248,000 nucleotides of DNA from contig NZ_JMCB01000002.1 of the NCBI RefSeq assembly GCF_000737315.1, positions 20,001 to 268,000 of the forward strand, read 5' to 3'. The DNA is from Hyalangium minutum. GTDB taxonomy: Bacteria > Myxococcota > Myxococcia > Myxococcales > Myxococcaceae. Below the pieces are notes generated by a model that worked only from the letters and a program-made list of their open reading frames with translations, did not search any database and was not told where the DNA came from. The first letter of the stretch is position 1, and each line of letters opens with the position of its first letter. A program made the position numbers and the translations under genes. This document shows positions 10,052 through 20,532 of this stretch, piece after piece.

Positions 10052-10807
10052 GTGGTCCACGTCCTCTTCTTCTCCGACAGACAGGTGCGCGACAAGCTCT
10101 TCGCCCTCGTGGACGGGACGCGAGGGTTGGTGCTCGTGAAGGGCGTGCGCCATGGCAAGGACATGACGCCTCCGCAGGAGCGCGAGCCCTTTGACACCCT
10201 CGATGCCAGCTTCGGCCACGCGCTCACCACCGTCATCGTCGCCGACGAGGGCAGCATCGAGGGCATGTGGCGAGACCCGCTCGGAGACCTCGCCGAGCGT
10301 CTCTACCCGCGCAGCAAGGACGACGCCTATACCGCCGCGAGCAGCTACCTCATCCTCGAGAACGGCCGCCCCCGCGCCGTCGTGCGCAAGCGGGAAACGC
10401 CCCGCGAGGATCTCTGGTACCTCCAGGAGGCGCTCAGCCAGCTCACGTCCCGCATCCCCGCGCCTGACCCCGCTCGCAAGCCGGGCCCTCGCAAGGCCGC
10501 TGCTCCCAAGGCCTCGCGCCGCCCGCCCTCCAACGACCCCACGCCCCCGCGTGGTACCCGCGCCTACGCCTACGCCGAGCCCGAGTTCGAGCCCCCTCCC
10601 GAGCCGCCCGCAATGGACCCCTGGAAGGTGCTCGGCATCGCCCCCGGTACCTCCAAGGACGAGGCCCGTCGCGCCTTCCGCGCGCTCGTAGCCCAGTACC
10701 ACCCGGACAAGGTCGCCCACCTCGCTCCCGAGTTTCAGGAGCTGGCCGAGCGCAAGACGCGCGAGCTCCTCGAGGCCTGGGAGCAGCTCGAGAAGTCGCT
10801 CCCCTGA
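10052..10807 (+). CDS. J-domain protein (C-terminal J)
   Basis: QYHPDK HPD motif. Confidence 0.8.
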   Translation: MVHVLFFSDRQVRDKLFALVDGTRGLVLVKGVRHGKDMTPPQEREPFDTLDASFGHALTTVIVADEGSIEGMWRDPLGDLAERLYPRSKDDAYTAASSYLILENGRPRAVVRKRETPREDLWYLQEALSQLTSRIPAPDPARKPGPRKAAAPKASRRPPSNDPTPPRGTRAYAYAEPEFEPPPEPPAMDPWKVLGIAPGTSKDEARRAFRALVAQYHPDKVAHLAPEFQELAERKTRELLEAWEQLEKSLP

Positions 10808-10810
10808 GCC

Positions 10811-11797
10811 TCAGCCCTCCGAGGACACGGGCGCGGAGGGCGGCACCGAGTCCTCCAGCGTGAAGCGCCCAATCAGCGGCATGTGGTCCGACAGCCCATG
10901 GAACCGGCTGGTGATGTCCCCGAACGGCCGCGTCTCCTCCATGTCCAGCCACCGCACCCCGCTCCCCGAGAACAGGTGGTCCAGGTGCATGCGCATGTGC
11001 ATGAAGCCCGCCGTGGGAAAGCCTCGGATGGACTTCGGATCAATCTGTCCCACGCACGCCTGCGCGCACGTGAGCCGCGCCTCGTCGCACAGGTACTGGA
11101 ACACGGGCGAGGCTGGCGGCGAGTTGAAGTCCCCGGTCACCACGAACGGCTCGCCCTGCGAGTGCTCCGTCAACAGCGACACCAGCTTGCGCGCCTCGTG
11201 CAGCTGGTTCATCCCGCGCCCCATCTTGTCCTTCGTCGCCCAGAACTCCTTGGCGAACGGCGTGGGCAGGCTCAGGTGCGTGTTGAAGACGTGGAACGCC
11301 CGCCCATCGTCCGCCCGCTGCAGCCGCATGTGCGCGCAGATGCGGCTCTGCTTGCGCTCCTTCAGCCGCTGCACGTGGTGGTAGGTGATTTGAGCCGGCG
11401 CCTCCACGTTGTGCCGGTCCACTCTCAGCGTCTTCCGGTTCACCAGGATGGCCAACCCCGTGGTGTACAGCGAGAAGTCCCACAGCTTGTAGTGGTGCGC
11501 CCGGAAGTAGAAGGCGTCGTAGGGCATCTCGCGGCCCTGGGCCCCGAAGATCTCCACCATGCGCCCCATGAAGGCCTGCAGCTGGGTCTCCCCCGGGTGG
11601 CTCGGCCGGTGGGCCACCGAGCTGCGGAAGGAGCTCGTCTCCACCTCTTGCAGGCAGACGACGTCGGGCAGCGGATTCAACGAGGCAATCGCCGCGGAGA
11701 CCCGGCGCTTGGGGCCCGTGGTGCTCGCCAAGCCGCGAAGCGCATGGCCGAAGTACCGAACGTTGTAGCTCACGAGACGTAAGGATGTGGCAGCCAC
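10811..11797 (-). CDS. endonuclease/exonuclease/phosphatase family
   Basis: SYNV, LQEV, GDFN, SDH motifs. Confidence 0.85.
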   Translation of the reverse strand: MAATSLRLVSYNVRYFGHALRGLASTTGPKRRVSAAIASLNPLPDVVCLQEVETSSFRSSVAHRPSHPGETQLQAFMGRMVEIFGAQGREMPYDAFYFRAHHYKLWDFSLYTTGLAILVNRKTLRVDRHNVEAPAQITYHHVQRLKERKQSRICAHMRLQRADDGRAFHVFNTHLSLPTPFAKEFWATKDKMGRGMNQLHEARKLVSLLTEHSQGEPFVVTGDFNSPPASPVFQYLCDEARLTCAQACVGQIDPKSIRGFPTAGFMHMRMHLDHLFSGSGVRWLDMEETRPFGDITSRFHGLSDHMPLIGRFTLEDSVPPSAPVSSEG

Positions 11798-11990
11798 GAG
11801 ATGACTTTACCCATGCCGCCCGCTCCGGCTACTCCGGGGCGTCTGGTCCCTTGCCTGCTTTGCGTTCTAGCTGATAGTGGACACTCCGCCCGGGTGCTTC
11901 CGCCCCGGTGAAAAAGTTCCCGCCCCCAGGGTCGGCTGTGCGCGGGGGGGCGCTGAATCGCCCCAGCTCTTCCATTTCAAGGAGTCTCAG

Positions 11991-12548
11991 ATGCGTTCGC
12001 TCAAGTGGGCAGTCGCCGTCGTGGCAGCAACCAGCTTCCTGGGTTGTGGTGGCAACCAGCCCTCCATCTACCGCGTGGCCGTGCAGCGGGTGACCGCGGA
12101 GAACACCCCTGCGGGCTGCTACGTCCCGGGTCAGGCGCCTACCACCATCAACGACAAGTCCACGAACCTCGTGGACCGGCAGCAGTGGGTTCTCTGGGAG
12201 GGTATCGAGGACGCCGTGTACCTGGAGCCCGGGAACATCAACTACAACATTGGCCAGGCCGAGAACGTCGCCATCAGCGCGGACACCATCCAGGGCACCA
12301 AGGCCGACGGCAAGCACACCTTCACCAGCGAGCGCACGCGGAGTGCCCCGAACGAGGTCTACACCACCTCGGCCACCTACACGATCGACAAGCTGGGGAG
12401 CACCATCGAGGGTGCGCTGCTGCTCCGCTCCGTGTGCACGGGAGCGAACTGCGATTTCACGACCGCTTGCGAGGTCACGCTGACCTACTCCGGCATCAAG
12501 ATCGACGCCGACCAGTTCAGCGTCTTCACCCCCAGCCCGGGGACCTGA
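11991..12548 (+). CDS. lipoprotein
   Basis: FLGC lipobox. Confidence 0.6.
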   Translation: MRSLKWAVAVVAATSFLGCGGNQPSIYRVAVQRVTAENTPAGCYVPGQAPTTINDKSTNLVDRQQWVLWEGIEDAVYLEPGNINYNIGQAENVAISADTIQGTKADGKHTFTSERTRSAPNEVYTTSATYTIDKLGSTIEGALLLRSVCTGANCDFTTACEVTLTYSGIKIDADQFSVFTPSPGT

Positions 12549-12662
12549 TCCCCTTTGGGCCGCCAGGCCTCTCCGGGCAGGGGAGGCCTGGGCCTCAGGC
12601 AGGCGGAGCGCTCAGTCCAGGCGCGCGTCCGGGCCGAGGATGTTAAAGGTGGGGGTAACACC

Positions 12663-13505
12663 ATGACGCCCACCTCCTCCCGTTTCCGTGGCACCGAGAA
12701 GTACCTCTCCAGCGAGGGCCTCCAGGCCGCCGTCAACTGTGCGCTGACGCTCCAGCGTCCCCTGTTGGTGAAAGGCGAGCCCGGCACCGGAAAGACCCTC
12801 CTGGCCGAGGCCATCTCCGAGGCGCTCGGCATGCGCCTCATCCCCTGGCACGTGAAGAGCACCACCCGCGCCCAGGATGGCCTCTACGTCTACGACACCG
12901 TGCAGCGCCTGTATGACTCGCGCTTCGGCGACGGGGACGTGAAGGACATCCGCCGCTACATCCGCCTGGGGCCTCTGGGCGAGGCCTTCTCCGCGAAGGA
13001 GCGCGTGGTGCTGCTCATCGACGAGGTGGACAAGGCGGACCTCGAGTTCCCCAACGACTTGCTCCACGAGCTGGACCGGATGCGCTTCCGCATCGTGGAG
13101 ACGAACGAGGAGGTGGTGGCCGCGCACCGCCCCGTCGTCATCATCACCAGCAACAACGAGAAGGAGCTGCCGGACGCCTTCCTGCGCCGCTGCGTGTTCC
13201 ACTTCATCGACTTCCCGGACACGGACCTGATGCGCCGCATCGTCGGCGTGCACCACCCGGGGCTGGACGCGGAGCTGGCCGAGCAGGCCCTGAAGGTCTT
13301 CTACGAGCTGCGCGGCTTCTCGCGGCTGCGCAAGCGGCCCACCACCAGCGAGCTCATCGACTGGATCGCCGTGCTCAAGGCCAGCGGCGTGCAGAGCTTC
13401 AAGCTGGATGAGAACCTGCCCTTCCTCGGCGCGCTGCTGAAGAAGGAGCAGGACCTGATGGCGGTGGCCGAGGCGTTCGGCCGGGGCCGCCGGACGCGGG
13501 CCTAA
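12663..13505 (+). CDS. MoxR-family AAA+ ATPase
   Basis: GEPGTGKT, LLIDEVDK, FLRRC. Confidence 0.9.
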   Translation: MTPTSSRFRGTEKYLSSEGLQAAVNCALTLQRPLLVKGEPGTGKTLLAEAISEALGMRLIPWHVKSTTRAQDGLYVYDTVQRLYDSRFGDGDVKDIRRYIRLGPLGEAFSAKERVVLLIDEVDKADLEFPNDLLHELDRMRFRIVETNEEVVAAHRPVVIITSNNEKELPDAFLRRCVFHFIDFPDTDLMRRIVGVHHPGLDAELAEQALKVFYELRGFSRLRKRPTTSELIDWIAVLKASGVQSFKLDENLPFLGALLKKEQDLMAVAEAFGRGRRTRA

Positions 13506-13523
13506 GTCCCGGGAGAGCGCGCC

Positions 13524-14729
13524 ATGTTCCTGCCCTTCCTCTACGAGCTGCGCAAGCGCAACATCCCCGTGGGCACCCAGGAGGCGCTGGCCCTCGCGGG
13601 CGCGTTGCGCGCGGGGCTTCATGACAGCAGCCTCGACGGCTTCTACCACGTGGCGCGCTCGCTGCTGGTGCACTCGGAGGCGCACCTGGACGCCTTTGAT
13701 CAGGCCTTCCTGGCGCACTTCAAGGGCGTGGAGTCCGCGGGCCTGCAGCTGACGCAGGAGCTGATGGACTGGCTTCGCGAGGCCAAGGAGCGGAGGGACC
13801 TCACCCCCGAGGAGCAGGAGCTGCTCAACTCGCTGGATGAGGAGGCCCTGCGGCAGCTCTTCGAGGAGCGGTTGCGCGAGCAGCGCGAGCGCCACGACGG
13901 CGGCAACCGGTGGATCGGCACGGGGGGCACATCGCCCTTCGGCAACGGGGGCCATGGGCAGCAGGGCATGCGCGTGGGCGGCACCGGCGGTCGGCAGGGC
14001 ACTGCTCTCTTCCAGGCCGGCGAGCGCAAGTACCAGGGCTACCGGGACGACGTGGTGCTGGACACCCGTCAGTTGGAGGTGGCGCTGCGCAAGCTGCGGG
14101 CCTTCGCGCGCGAGGGCGCTCCGGACGAGCTGGACGTGGACGAGACGATCAACGCCACGGCGAAGAACGCGGGCGAGCTGGAGGTGGTGACGCGGCCGCC
14201 GCGCCGGCCCAACACGCGCGTGGTGCTGCTGATGGACGTGGGCGGCTCGATGGATCCGTACGCAGCGCTGATGAGCCGGCTCTTCAGCGCGGCCAGCCGG
14301 GCCACGCACTTCAAGGAGCTGCGCACCTACTACTTCCACAACTGCGTCTACGGGAAGCTCTACGCCACCCCGCAGCTCACAGGCGGCACCACGGTGCCGG
14401 ACCTGATTGCGCAGGTGGGCAAGCACCACAAGCTCGTCATCGTGGGCGACGCGTACATGGCGCCTTACGAGCTGGGCATCCGCGCGGATGCCAACGGGCA
14501 CTACTCCCCGGACGGGCTGGAGGGGCTTGTCTGGATGATGCAGTTGGCGCAGCACTTCGAGCGCAGCGCGTGGCTCAACCCCGAGCCGCCTCGCATCTGG
14601 CCCAACAGCACCATCGCCACCATCGGCCGCGTCTTCAACATGTTCCCCCTCACCCTCGAGGGGCTGGGCGAGGCCGTGTCCCACCTCACCAAGGGCCGCA
14701 CCCCCAAGGGCCTCTCCGCCCGCCGCTGA
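13524..14729 (+). CDS. CoxE-like VWA domain protein
   Basis: DVGGSM MIDAS motif; follows MoxR. Confidence 0.85.
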   Translation: MFLPFLYELRKRNIPVGTQEALALAGALRAGLHDSSLDGFYHVARSLLVHSEAHLDAFDQAFLAHFKGVESAGLQLTQELMDWLREAKERRDLTPEEQELLNSLDEEALRQLFEERLREQRERHDGGNRWIGTGGTSPFGNGGHGQQGMRVGGTGGRQGTALFQAGERKYQGYRDDVVLDTRQLEVALRKLRAFAREGAPDELDVDETINATAKNAGELEVVTRPPRRPNTRVVLLMDVGGSMDPYAALMSRLFSAASRATHFKELRTYYFHNCVYGKLYATPQLTGGTTVPDLIAQVGKHHKLVIVGDAYMAPYELGIRADANGHYSPDGLEGLVWMMQLAQHFERSAWLNPEPPRIWPNSTIATIGRVFNMFPLTLEGLGEAVSHLTKGRTPKGLSARR

Positions 14730-14754
14730 GTTGAATTTTCGCGACTGACCCGGG

Positions 14755-16053
14755 ATGCTTGTCTTCATGCCCGTGGGTCTTCTGGCGCCGCAGAGTGATT
14801 CCTTTGCACTGCAGGCATTGGAGCGGCATCGCCGCAGGCGCGAAGAGCAAGGGATTCCCACGTTGACCGTGTTGGTGGGACCCCTGGGACGGTCCAAGGG
14901 CCTCTTTTCCCGCTGGCTCGCCTCGCGTCACCGGCCGCTCTGTACGGTTGTGTCCGCGACCCCAGCCGAAGCTGTTCGTGCTTGGACCGAGGCTCTCGCC
15001 AAGGCGCGGGACCTCCCGGCTGCGGCTGCGGATTTCCTCGGGAACGTGCTGGGCTTCGCCCCAGGGGCTCTGCGAGCCCGGTTGGAAGGCAAGACGGCCT
15101 ACGAGCGGGACGTGTTGCTTCAGGAGCTCCTGCCTGCGGCACCCGTGGGAGATTCCGGCCCCCTGTGCAGGCTGCTTTTGCTCTCTTCGGAGGTGCCAGC
15201 TCCTGGGGCTCTCTTCGAGCCGCTGCTCCGCGGTTATGGAGGGGACCCCGCTCGCACTTTCTCGGCGCTGCACGCCATCCTTCCCGCAGGGACGGCTCCG
15301 GCGCTCTTGCTGACGGGCTCCGGGGCAGAGGGGTGTGCGCGTGCTTCCAGAGCCGCAGCCAATCTCTGCGAGGCCGTGCCCGTGTTGCCCATCGCGCTCA
15401 GCGTGGAGCGGACCTGGGTCGACGCGTTCCTGGCAGGCCCTGAGAGTCGCTCACTCGCCATGGTCCGCGAGGGGCTCATCGAGGTGGCAGCGCCTTCACC
15501 TCAGGCTTTGCAGCGGAGGTTGGAGGAACTGGGCGTCCGCGACACCGAGCTTCTCGCTGCGCCCCTGGCCCAGCTTGCCGAGGATGGCGCCTCGGATGAG
15601 CTGGTGACCCGCTTTGGCCGGGCAGCGCTGGCTCGGGAAGCCGCTGCCCGCGAACCTTCCGGAGCCAGCCGCGCCCGGAGCGCCGAAGAGGAGTTCCTGC
15701 ACCTGCTCTTGGAAGAGATTCCAGAGACGCAAGGCCTCTTCGAGCTCAATCAGAGGGCAGGATTCCTCATCCAGGGCCGACCTGTCGAGGTGGATTTCCT
15801 GTCACTGACCTTGCGTGTGGCGATAGAGGTCGACGGTTACTATCACTTCCGGGACAAGGAAGCCTATCGGCGCGACCGCCGAAAGGATTTGGCGCTCCAG
15901 CGAGAAGGCTATCTGGTGCTCCGGTTCCTGGCGGACGATGTGGTGGAGCGGTTTCGCGAGATTCGCGATACACTCTTGGAGGTCGTGGCCCACAGGCGCG
16001 ACCCGTCAAGGCGGCAACCGCCGCTGGGGGAGGATGCAGATGGTGGGGAGTGA
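14755..16053 (+). CDS. DUF559 (Vsr-like PD-(D/E)xK) endonuclease domain protein
   Basis: EVDF...AIEVDGYYH...RDRRKD...GYLVLRF. Confidence 0.8.
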   Translation: MLVFMPVGLLAPQSDSFALQALERHRRRREEQGIPTLTVLVGPLGRSKGLFSRWLASRHRPLCTVVSATPAEAVRAWTEALAKARDLPAAAADFLGNVLGFAPGALRARLEGKTAYERDVLLQELLPAAPVGDSGPLCRLLLLSSEVPAPGALFEPLLRGYGGDPARTFSALHAILPAGTAPALLLTGSGAEGCARASRAAANLCEAVPVLPIALSVERTWVDAFLAGPESRSLAMVREGLIEVAAPSPQALQRRLEELGVRDTELLAAPLAQLAEDGASDELVTRFGRAALAREAAAREPSGASRARSAEEEFLHLLLEEIPETQGLFELNQRAGFLIQGRPVEVDFLSLTLRVAIEVDGYYHFRDKEAYRRDRRKDLALQREGYLVLRFLADDVVERFREIRDTLLEVVAHRRDPSRRQPPLGEDADGGE

Positions 16054-17080
16054 AGTGTCTCATGTTGGAGATCTGGCACTCGCCTGGTTGCTGACACGCG
16101 CGGAGGGGAAGGGGGCTCGGAGTGACCTGGCCCGTGCGTTGAAGCCTCTCACGGACCACCGCTGGAGCAGTGGGGAGTGGAACACCCGGTTGGAGGGGCT
16201 GCTGGAGCAGCTCGTTCACGAGGGGCTCGTGCAGCAGAACGCTCGCAAGGGACTGACCCTCACCCCGCAGGGACGCACGCGGGCCCTGGCGGCCTTGCGC
16301 CTGGAGCGCCTGCCCAAGGGAACCACCTGGAAACAGCTCAAGCGGACTCACCTGGTGGCGCTGGCCTTGGGGCTGGCTCCTTCGCCGTCGACGCTGGCTC
16401 GGCTGGGCCGCGCGGATGGCATGCGCGCGGTGCTCGTGCAGAAGCAGCTCGGGCTCCCGGCTCCCGGCTCCCAAAGCCTCGCGCAGGTCCGGGATGCCTT
16501 GTGCTGGCGGCAGCTGGGCGTGGAGACGGACAAGCCTTTCACGCTGGCGGCCGTTCAGTCGGTGTTGCTCAGCCGGGCGCTGGAGGCCACGCGCGAGCTC
16601 GCTCCCTCGCAGGCGCTGCACCAGCTCGCCGCCAGGAGCGTGGGCGCGCGGCGGACGGACCCGGAGAGTCTCCGGCTGGCCACGCTGCGGGCCTGGGCAC
16701 TGCCTTTCGGGGAGCCCGCTCCGGCTCAGCCCCGTGCTCCAGACAGCGCCTCCGCCCCTCCGAGCGCCGCCGCCACGGGAGCGGAAGCCACTCGCCAGGA
16801 CGAGGGCCTGCACCACTTCGCGGAGCGCGTCTTGCAGGTAGCCCGTGGCGCGACAGAAGGACGTTTTGGAGATGACCGGGTCTTCATCTCTCACGTCTGG
16901 CGGGCCATGCAGGCGCCCGGCCTGGACGAGCAGTCCTTCAAGCGCCGCCTCATCGAAGCCAACCAGAAGCGGCTCCTGTCCCTGAGCCGCGCCGACATGG
17001 TGGAGCTGATGGACCCCACGGAGCTCTCCGCTTCGGAGACCCGGCACCTGGGCGCCACCTTCCACTTCATTGCGTTGTAG
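16034..17080 (+). CDS. hypothetical protein, likely winged-helix
   Basis: Overlaps both neighbours; HTH-like N- and C-terminal segments. Confidence 0.6.
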   Translation: MQMVGSEVSHVGDLALAWLLTRAEGKGARSDLARALKPLTDHRWSSGEWNTRLEGLLEQLVHEGLVQQNARKGLTLTPQGRTRALAALRLERLPKGTTWKQLKRTHLVALALGLAPSPSTLARLGRADGMRAVLVQKQLGLPAPGSQSLAQVRDALCWRQLGVETDKPFTLAAVQSVLLSRALEATRELAPSQALHQLAARSVGARRTDPESLRLATLRAWALPFGEPAPAQPRAPDSASAPPSAAATGAEATRQDEGLHHFAERVLQVARGATEGRFGDDRVFISHVWRAMQAPGLDEQSFKRRLIEANQKRLLSLSRADMVELMDPTELSASETRHLGATFHFIAL

Positions 17081-17121
17081 CCGCAGCTCACCCCGCCGTA
17101 CGGGCTTGAGAACCGCCGCTC

Positions 17122-20100
17122 ATGAGCCACCAGAACGATCTCCGCCTCTCCGCCTTCTTCTCGGACACCGAGGTCTTCCACCCCATCCAGCACCGCCACG
17201 ACATGTGGCGGCAGGATCCGTTCGATGTCGAGACGATCCACAAGGAGGCACGCTCCGCCTTCGAGCGCCTGCTGCTGCGCGCGACGACGCCCCCGCGCCC
17301 GGAGTCCGGCCGCATCCTGCTGCTGCTGGGGGACTCGGGCTGCGGGAAGACCCATCTGATGCGGGCCTTCCGCTCCAGGGCCCACGAGCGCTCGCTGGGC
17401 TTCGTCGGCTACATGCAGATGACGACGGCCCAGTCCAGCTATGGGCGCTACATGCTCAACAACCTGGTGGACTCGCTGGACCAGCCCTATCTGGCGCCCT
17501 CGGAGCCTCGTTCGGGCCTGGAGCGGCTCTCCGGAATGCTGCTGGAGCGGTGCAGCAAGGTCGCCGCCCTCCTCGCGGACTCCGAGCAGGATGCCGATGA
17601 GGTGCCCGCGCTGGTGGACATTGCCGCGGATGAACTCAAGGGGCAGCCCCTCTTCGAGCGGTGCGACCTGGACCTGATGCGGGCGCTCTTGTTCCTGCAG
17701 CGCAATGACACGCGCATCAAGAGCCGGGTGCTCAAGTACCTGCGCTGCGAGGATTTGTCCGAGGGCGATCGAAAGGTGCTCGGAGGTCTGGTGCCTCGCA
17801 TCCACGACCATCACCCTCTGGAGACCGTGGAGCACCTGGGGCGGCTCGTGGCGGCGCTGGACCACTCGCTGGTGTTGTGTGTGGACCAGCTCGAGGGGTT
17901 CAACGACTTCGAGTCCCAGCAGGTGCCGCACTTCCGCCGGGCCATGACCGCGCTGTGTGACTTGGCCGATCGCGTGCCCTCGTCGATCATCGTCATCAGC
18001 TGCTTGCACAACTTCTGGCAGGGGTTGAGCAACCAGCTCACGCAGTCGCTGCGGGACCGCATCGAGAATGCGCCGCCCTTCATCAAGCTGGAGGCCCAGC
18101 GCACGGCCGATGAGGCCCGGCTCATCACCGAGCGCAGGCTGGAGCACCTCTACGCGCTGAAGGATGCACCCTTTGATTACGCGGAGCCCACCTACCCCTT
18201 CCCGCATGAGGGCTTCGAGGCGCTGTCGGGCCATCGCGCACGGGAGGTTCTCGATACGTGCCGGCGCTGGCGCGAGCACGCCATCTCCACGGGAGTGCTT
18301 CCCCATCAGTTCCCCTTGAGCAGCGAGAAGGCAGAGCCGCTGCCCGAGGTTCCCCCGCAGGAGACCCTGGCGCTGGATCAGGAGTGGAACGATTTCCGCA
18401 CCGGGCACTCCACGCCGCCTCCGGAGGAGGACTCGGAGCTGTCCTCGCTGCTGGCGTGGGCGCTGCAAGCTTCCATGGACGAGTTGGAGACAGGACACCG
18501 CGTCCAGGCCCGGTCCGAGGGTGAGGCCCTCTTCGTGGAGCTCACGCCCGGAGATCAGCGGCTGCGCCTGGCCTTCTGCAACAAGGGGGCTCAGCGGGGA
18601 GCCCTCGCGAGGCAGATCGAACAGGTGCGCAAGGACGCCAAGGGGCGCATCCCCGTCGCCGTTCGTTCCAGCTCCTTTCCCAACAGCCCCAAGTCCGAGG
18701 CAGCCCTGGAGCTGGGCAAGCTCCTCAGCAAGGGCGGGCGCAACGCCGTGCTCGAGGACAGCGATTGCCGCCTCATCCTGGCGCTGAAGGCTTTCCGGCA
18801 GCAGCACGAGTCCTACCCGGGCTTTGCCGCGTGGCTCCGCTCGACCCAGCCCCTGAGCCAGCTCAAGCCCTTGCGGGACATTCTGGATCTCGACCACCTG
18901 AGCCGCCCGGCGGCCGTGCCCGGTGCAGCGCCCGCGCCCGCGGTGGCGCCGCAGACCGAGTCTTCAGCGCCTGCTCCCGTGACCGCTCCACCCGTGGCAG
19001 CTGCTCCTCCCCGGGCGGCGCCGGAGCGCCAAGGGACCGAGCAACCCCCCCCGCAGCGTCAGCCTTCTGCTCCCTCACGTGCGCGTGGGCCGGTGCCTCT
19101 CCGGTTGGGCGCCGAGGAGAGTCTGCTCAAGGAAGAGATCTCCCTGCTCCCGGATGAGCTGACCAAGCATGCGGCCTTCCTGGGCGGCTCCGGGAGCGGC
19201 AAGACGACACTGGCGCTGAACGTCATCGAGCAGCTCTTGCTGCAGGGCATTCCGGCCATCCTCGTGGATCGCAAGGGAGACCTGGCGGGCTATGCGACCG
19301 AGGAGTTCTGGACGCGCAGTGCCAGCAGCCCCGAGCGCGCCGAGCGCCAGGCCCGGCTCCGCGAGTGCCTGGATGTGGCGCTCTTCACTCCGGGGCATCC
19401 ACAAGGGCGTCCGCTGTCCATCGCCATCGTTCCGGAGGGGCTCGCTCAGCTGCCAGAGTTCGATCGGCAGTTGGCCACCCGCCATGCCGCGGATGCGCTG
19501 GCGGGCATGCTGGACTACCGGCAGAGCCCTCGCGACAAGTCCTGCCGGACCTTGCTCAGTCAGGCCATTGATCAATACGTCCAGCTCTCGCAGCAGACCG
19601 TCGCCCTGGAGCCGCTCATCCAGTTCATCGGGGACAAGGATCCTCGGCTGGTCAGCGCCGCGGGCCGGCTGGACACCAAGTTGTTCGACAAGCTGGCGGA
19701 TGACCTGGACCGGCTGCGCATCGACACGGAGAAGACCCAGCTGCTGGGGGGCAGCGGGGCAGACAAGCTCGACATGGACCTGCTGCTCGGACGAGGCGCC
19801 CATGCGCGGCCCGGAAAGACGCGCTTGAGCGTTCTCAGCACCCGGTTCCTGGGAGACACGCACAGCGTCCTCTTCTGGATCTCCCAGTTCCTCATTGAGG
19901 TGACGCGGTGGCTCAACCGCAGCCCCTCCAGCTCACTGCAGGCCGTCATCCTCTTTGACGAGGCGGACATGTACCTGCCTGCCACGCGTCAGCCCGCCAC
20001 CAAGCAGCCCATGGAGAACCTGCTGAAGCGGGCTCGCTCGGGAGGGCTGGGCTTGATGCTGGCGACCCAGAGCCCGGGCGACTTCGACTACAAGTGCCGC

Positions 20101-20349
20101 GACACCATCCGCTCCTGGTTCGTGGGCCGCGTCAAAGAGAAGAACTCCTTGGACAAGATGCGGCCCATGCTCAGCGAGGCCCGGGTGGACTTCACGGCGA
20201 AGATCCCCCAGCAGACCACGGGCGAGTTCCACCTCATCCGTGAGGGCAAGGTGAACCGCTTCCGGGCGGACCCGTCCGCCCTGTCCACCGAGCAGCTCGC
20301 GGAGGAGGAGCTGCTGCGGCTGGCCGCCCGCACTCAGTCGCGCCCCTGA
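17122..20349 (+). CDS. tandem P-loop NTPase (N-terminal AAA-like, C-terminal HerA/FtsK-like)
   Basis: GDSGCGKT/VDQLE and GGSGSGKT/FDEAD/LATQSPGD. Confidence 0.8.
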   Translation: MSHQNDLRLSAFFSDTEVFHPIQHRHDMWRQDPFDVETIHKEARSAFERLLLRATTPPRPESGRILLLLGDSGCGKTHLMRAFRSRAHERSLGFVGYMQMTTAQSSYGRYMLNNLVDSLDQPYLAPSEPRSGLERLSGMLLERCSKVAALLADSEQDADEVPALVDIAADELKGQPLFERCDLDLMRALLFLQRNDTRIKSRVLKYLRCEDLSEGDRKVLGGLVPRIHDHHPLETVEHLGRLVAALDHSLVLCVDQLEGFNDFESQQVPHFRRAMTALCDLADRVPSSIIVISCLHNFWQGLSNQLTQSLRDRIENAPPFIKLEAQRTADEARLITERRLEHLYALKDAPFDYAEPTYPFPHEGFEALSGHRAREVLDTCRRWREHAISTGVLPHQFPLSSEKAEPLPEVPPQETLALDQEWNDFRTGHSTPPPEEDSELSSLLAWALQASMDELETGHRVQARSEGEALFVELTPGDQRLRLAFCNKGAQRGALARQIEQVRKDAKGRIPVAVRSSSFPNSPKSEAALELGKLLSKGGRNAVLEDSDCRLILALKAFRQQHESYPGFAAWLRSTQPLSQLKPLRDILDLDHLSRPAAVPGAAPAPAVAPQTESSAPAPVTAPPVAAAPPRAAPERQGTEQPPPQRQPSAPSRARGPVPLRLGAEESLLKEEISLLPDELTKHAAFLGGSGSGKTTLALNVIEQLLLQGIPAILVDRKGDLAGYATEEFWTRSASSPERAERQARLRECLDVALFTPGHPQGRPLSIAIVPEGLAQLPEFDRQLATRHAADALAGMLDYRQSPRDKSCRTLLSQAIDQYVQLSQQTVALEPLIQFIGDKDPRLVSAAGRLDTKLFDKLADDLDRLRIDTEKTQLLGGSGADKLDMDLLLGRGAHARPGKTRLSVLSTRFLGDTHSVLFWISQFLIEVTRWLNRSPSSSLQAVILFDEADMYLPATRQPATKQPMENLLKRARSGGLGLMLATQSPGDFDYKCRDTIRSWFVGRVKEKNSLDKMRPMLSEARVDFTAKIPQQTTGEFHLIREGKVNRFRADPSALSTEQLAEEELLRLAARTQSRP

Positions 20350-20532
20350 GCGTGGACCCCCGCGCTCCCGCATATAATGATGCGGGGCCTCAAAACGGGG
20401 TTGGGTAGGATGTTTGCCTACCTGAGTTTTCCACAAGTTGTCCCCACCTTCCCACAAATCAGCCATGTAGGTGATGTGGAGCTATTTGTAGGTGGATAGG
20501 CAACTTCCTCCGCCATTTGCCGACAATTCGGC

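Noticed and set aside
20427-20456. DnaA-box-like TTTTCCACA cluster
   Set aside because: Only one consensus box; no dnaA/dnaN and no unwinding element nearby.
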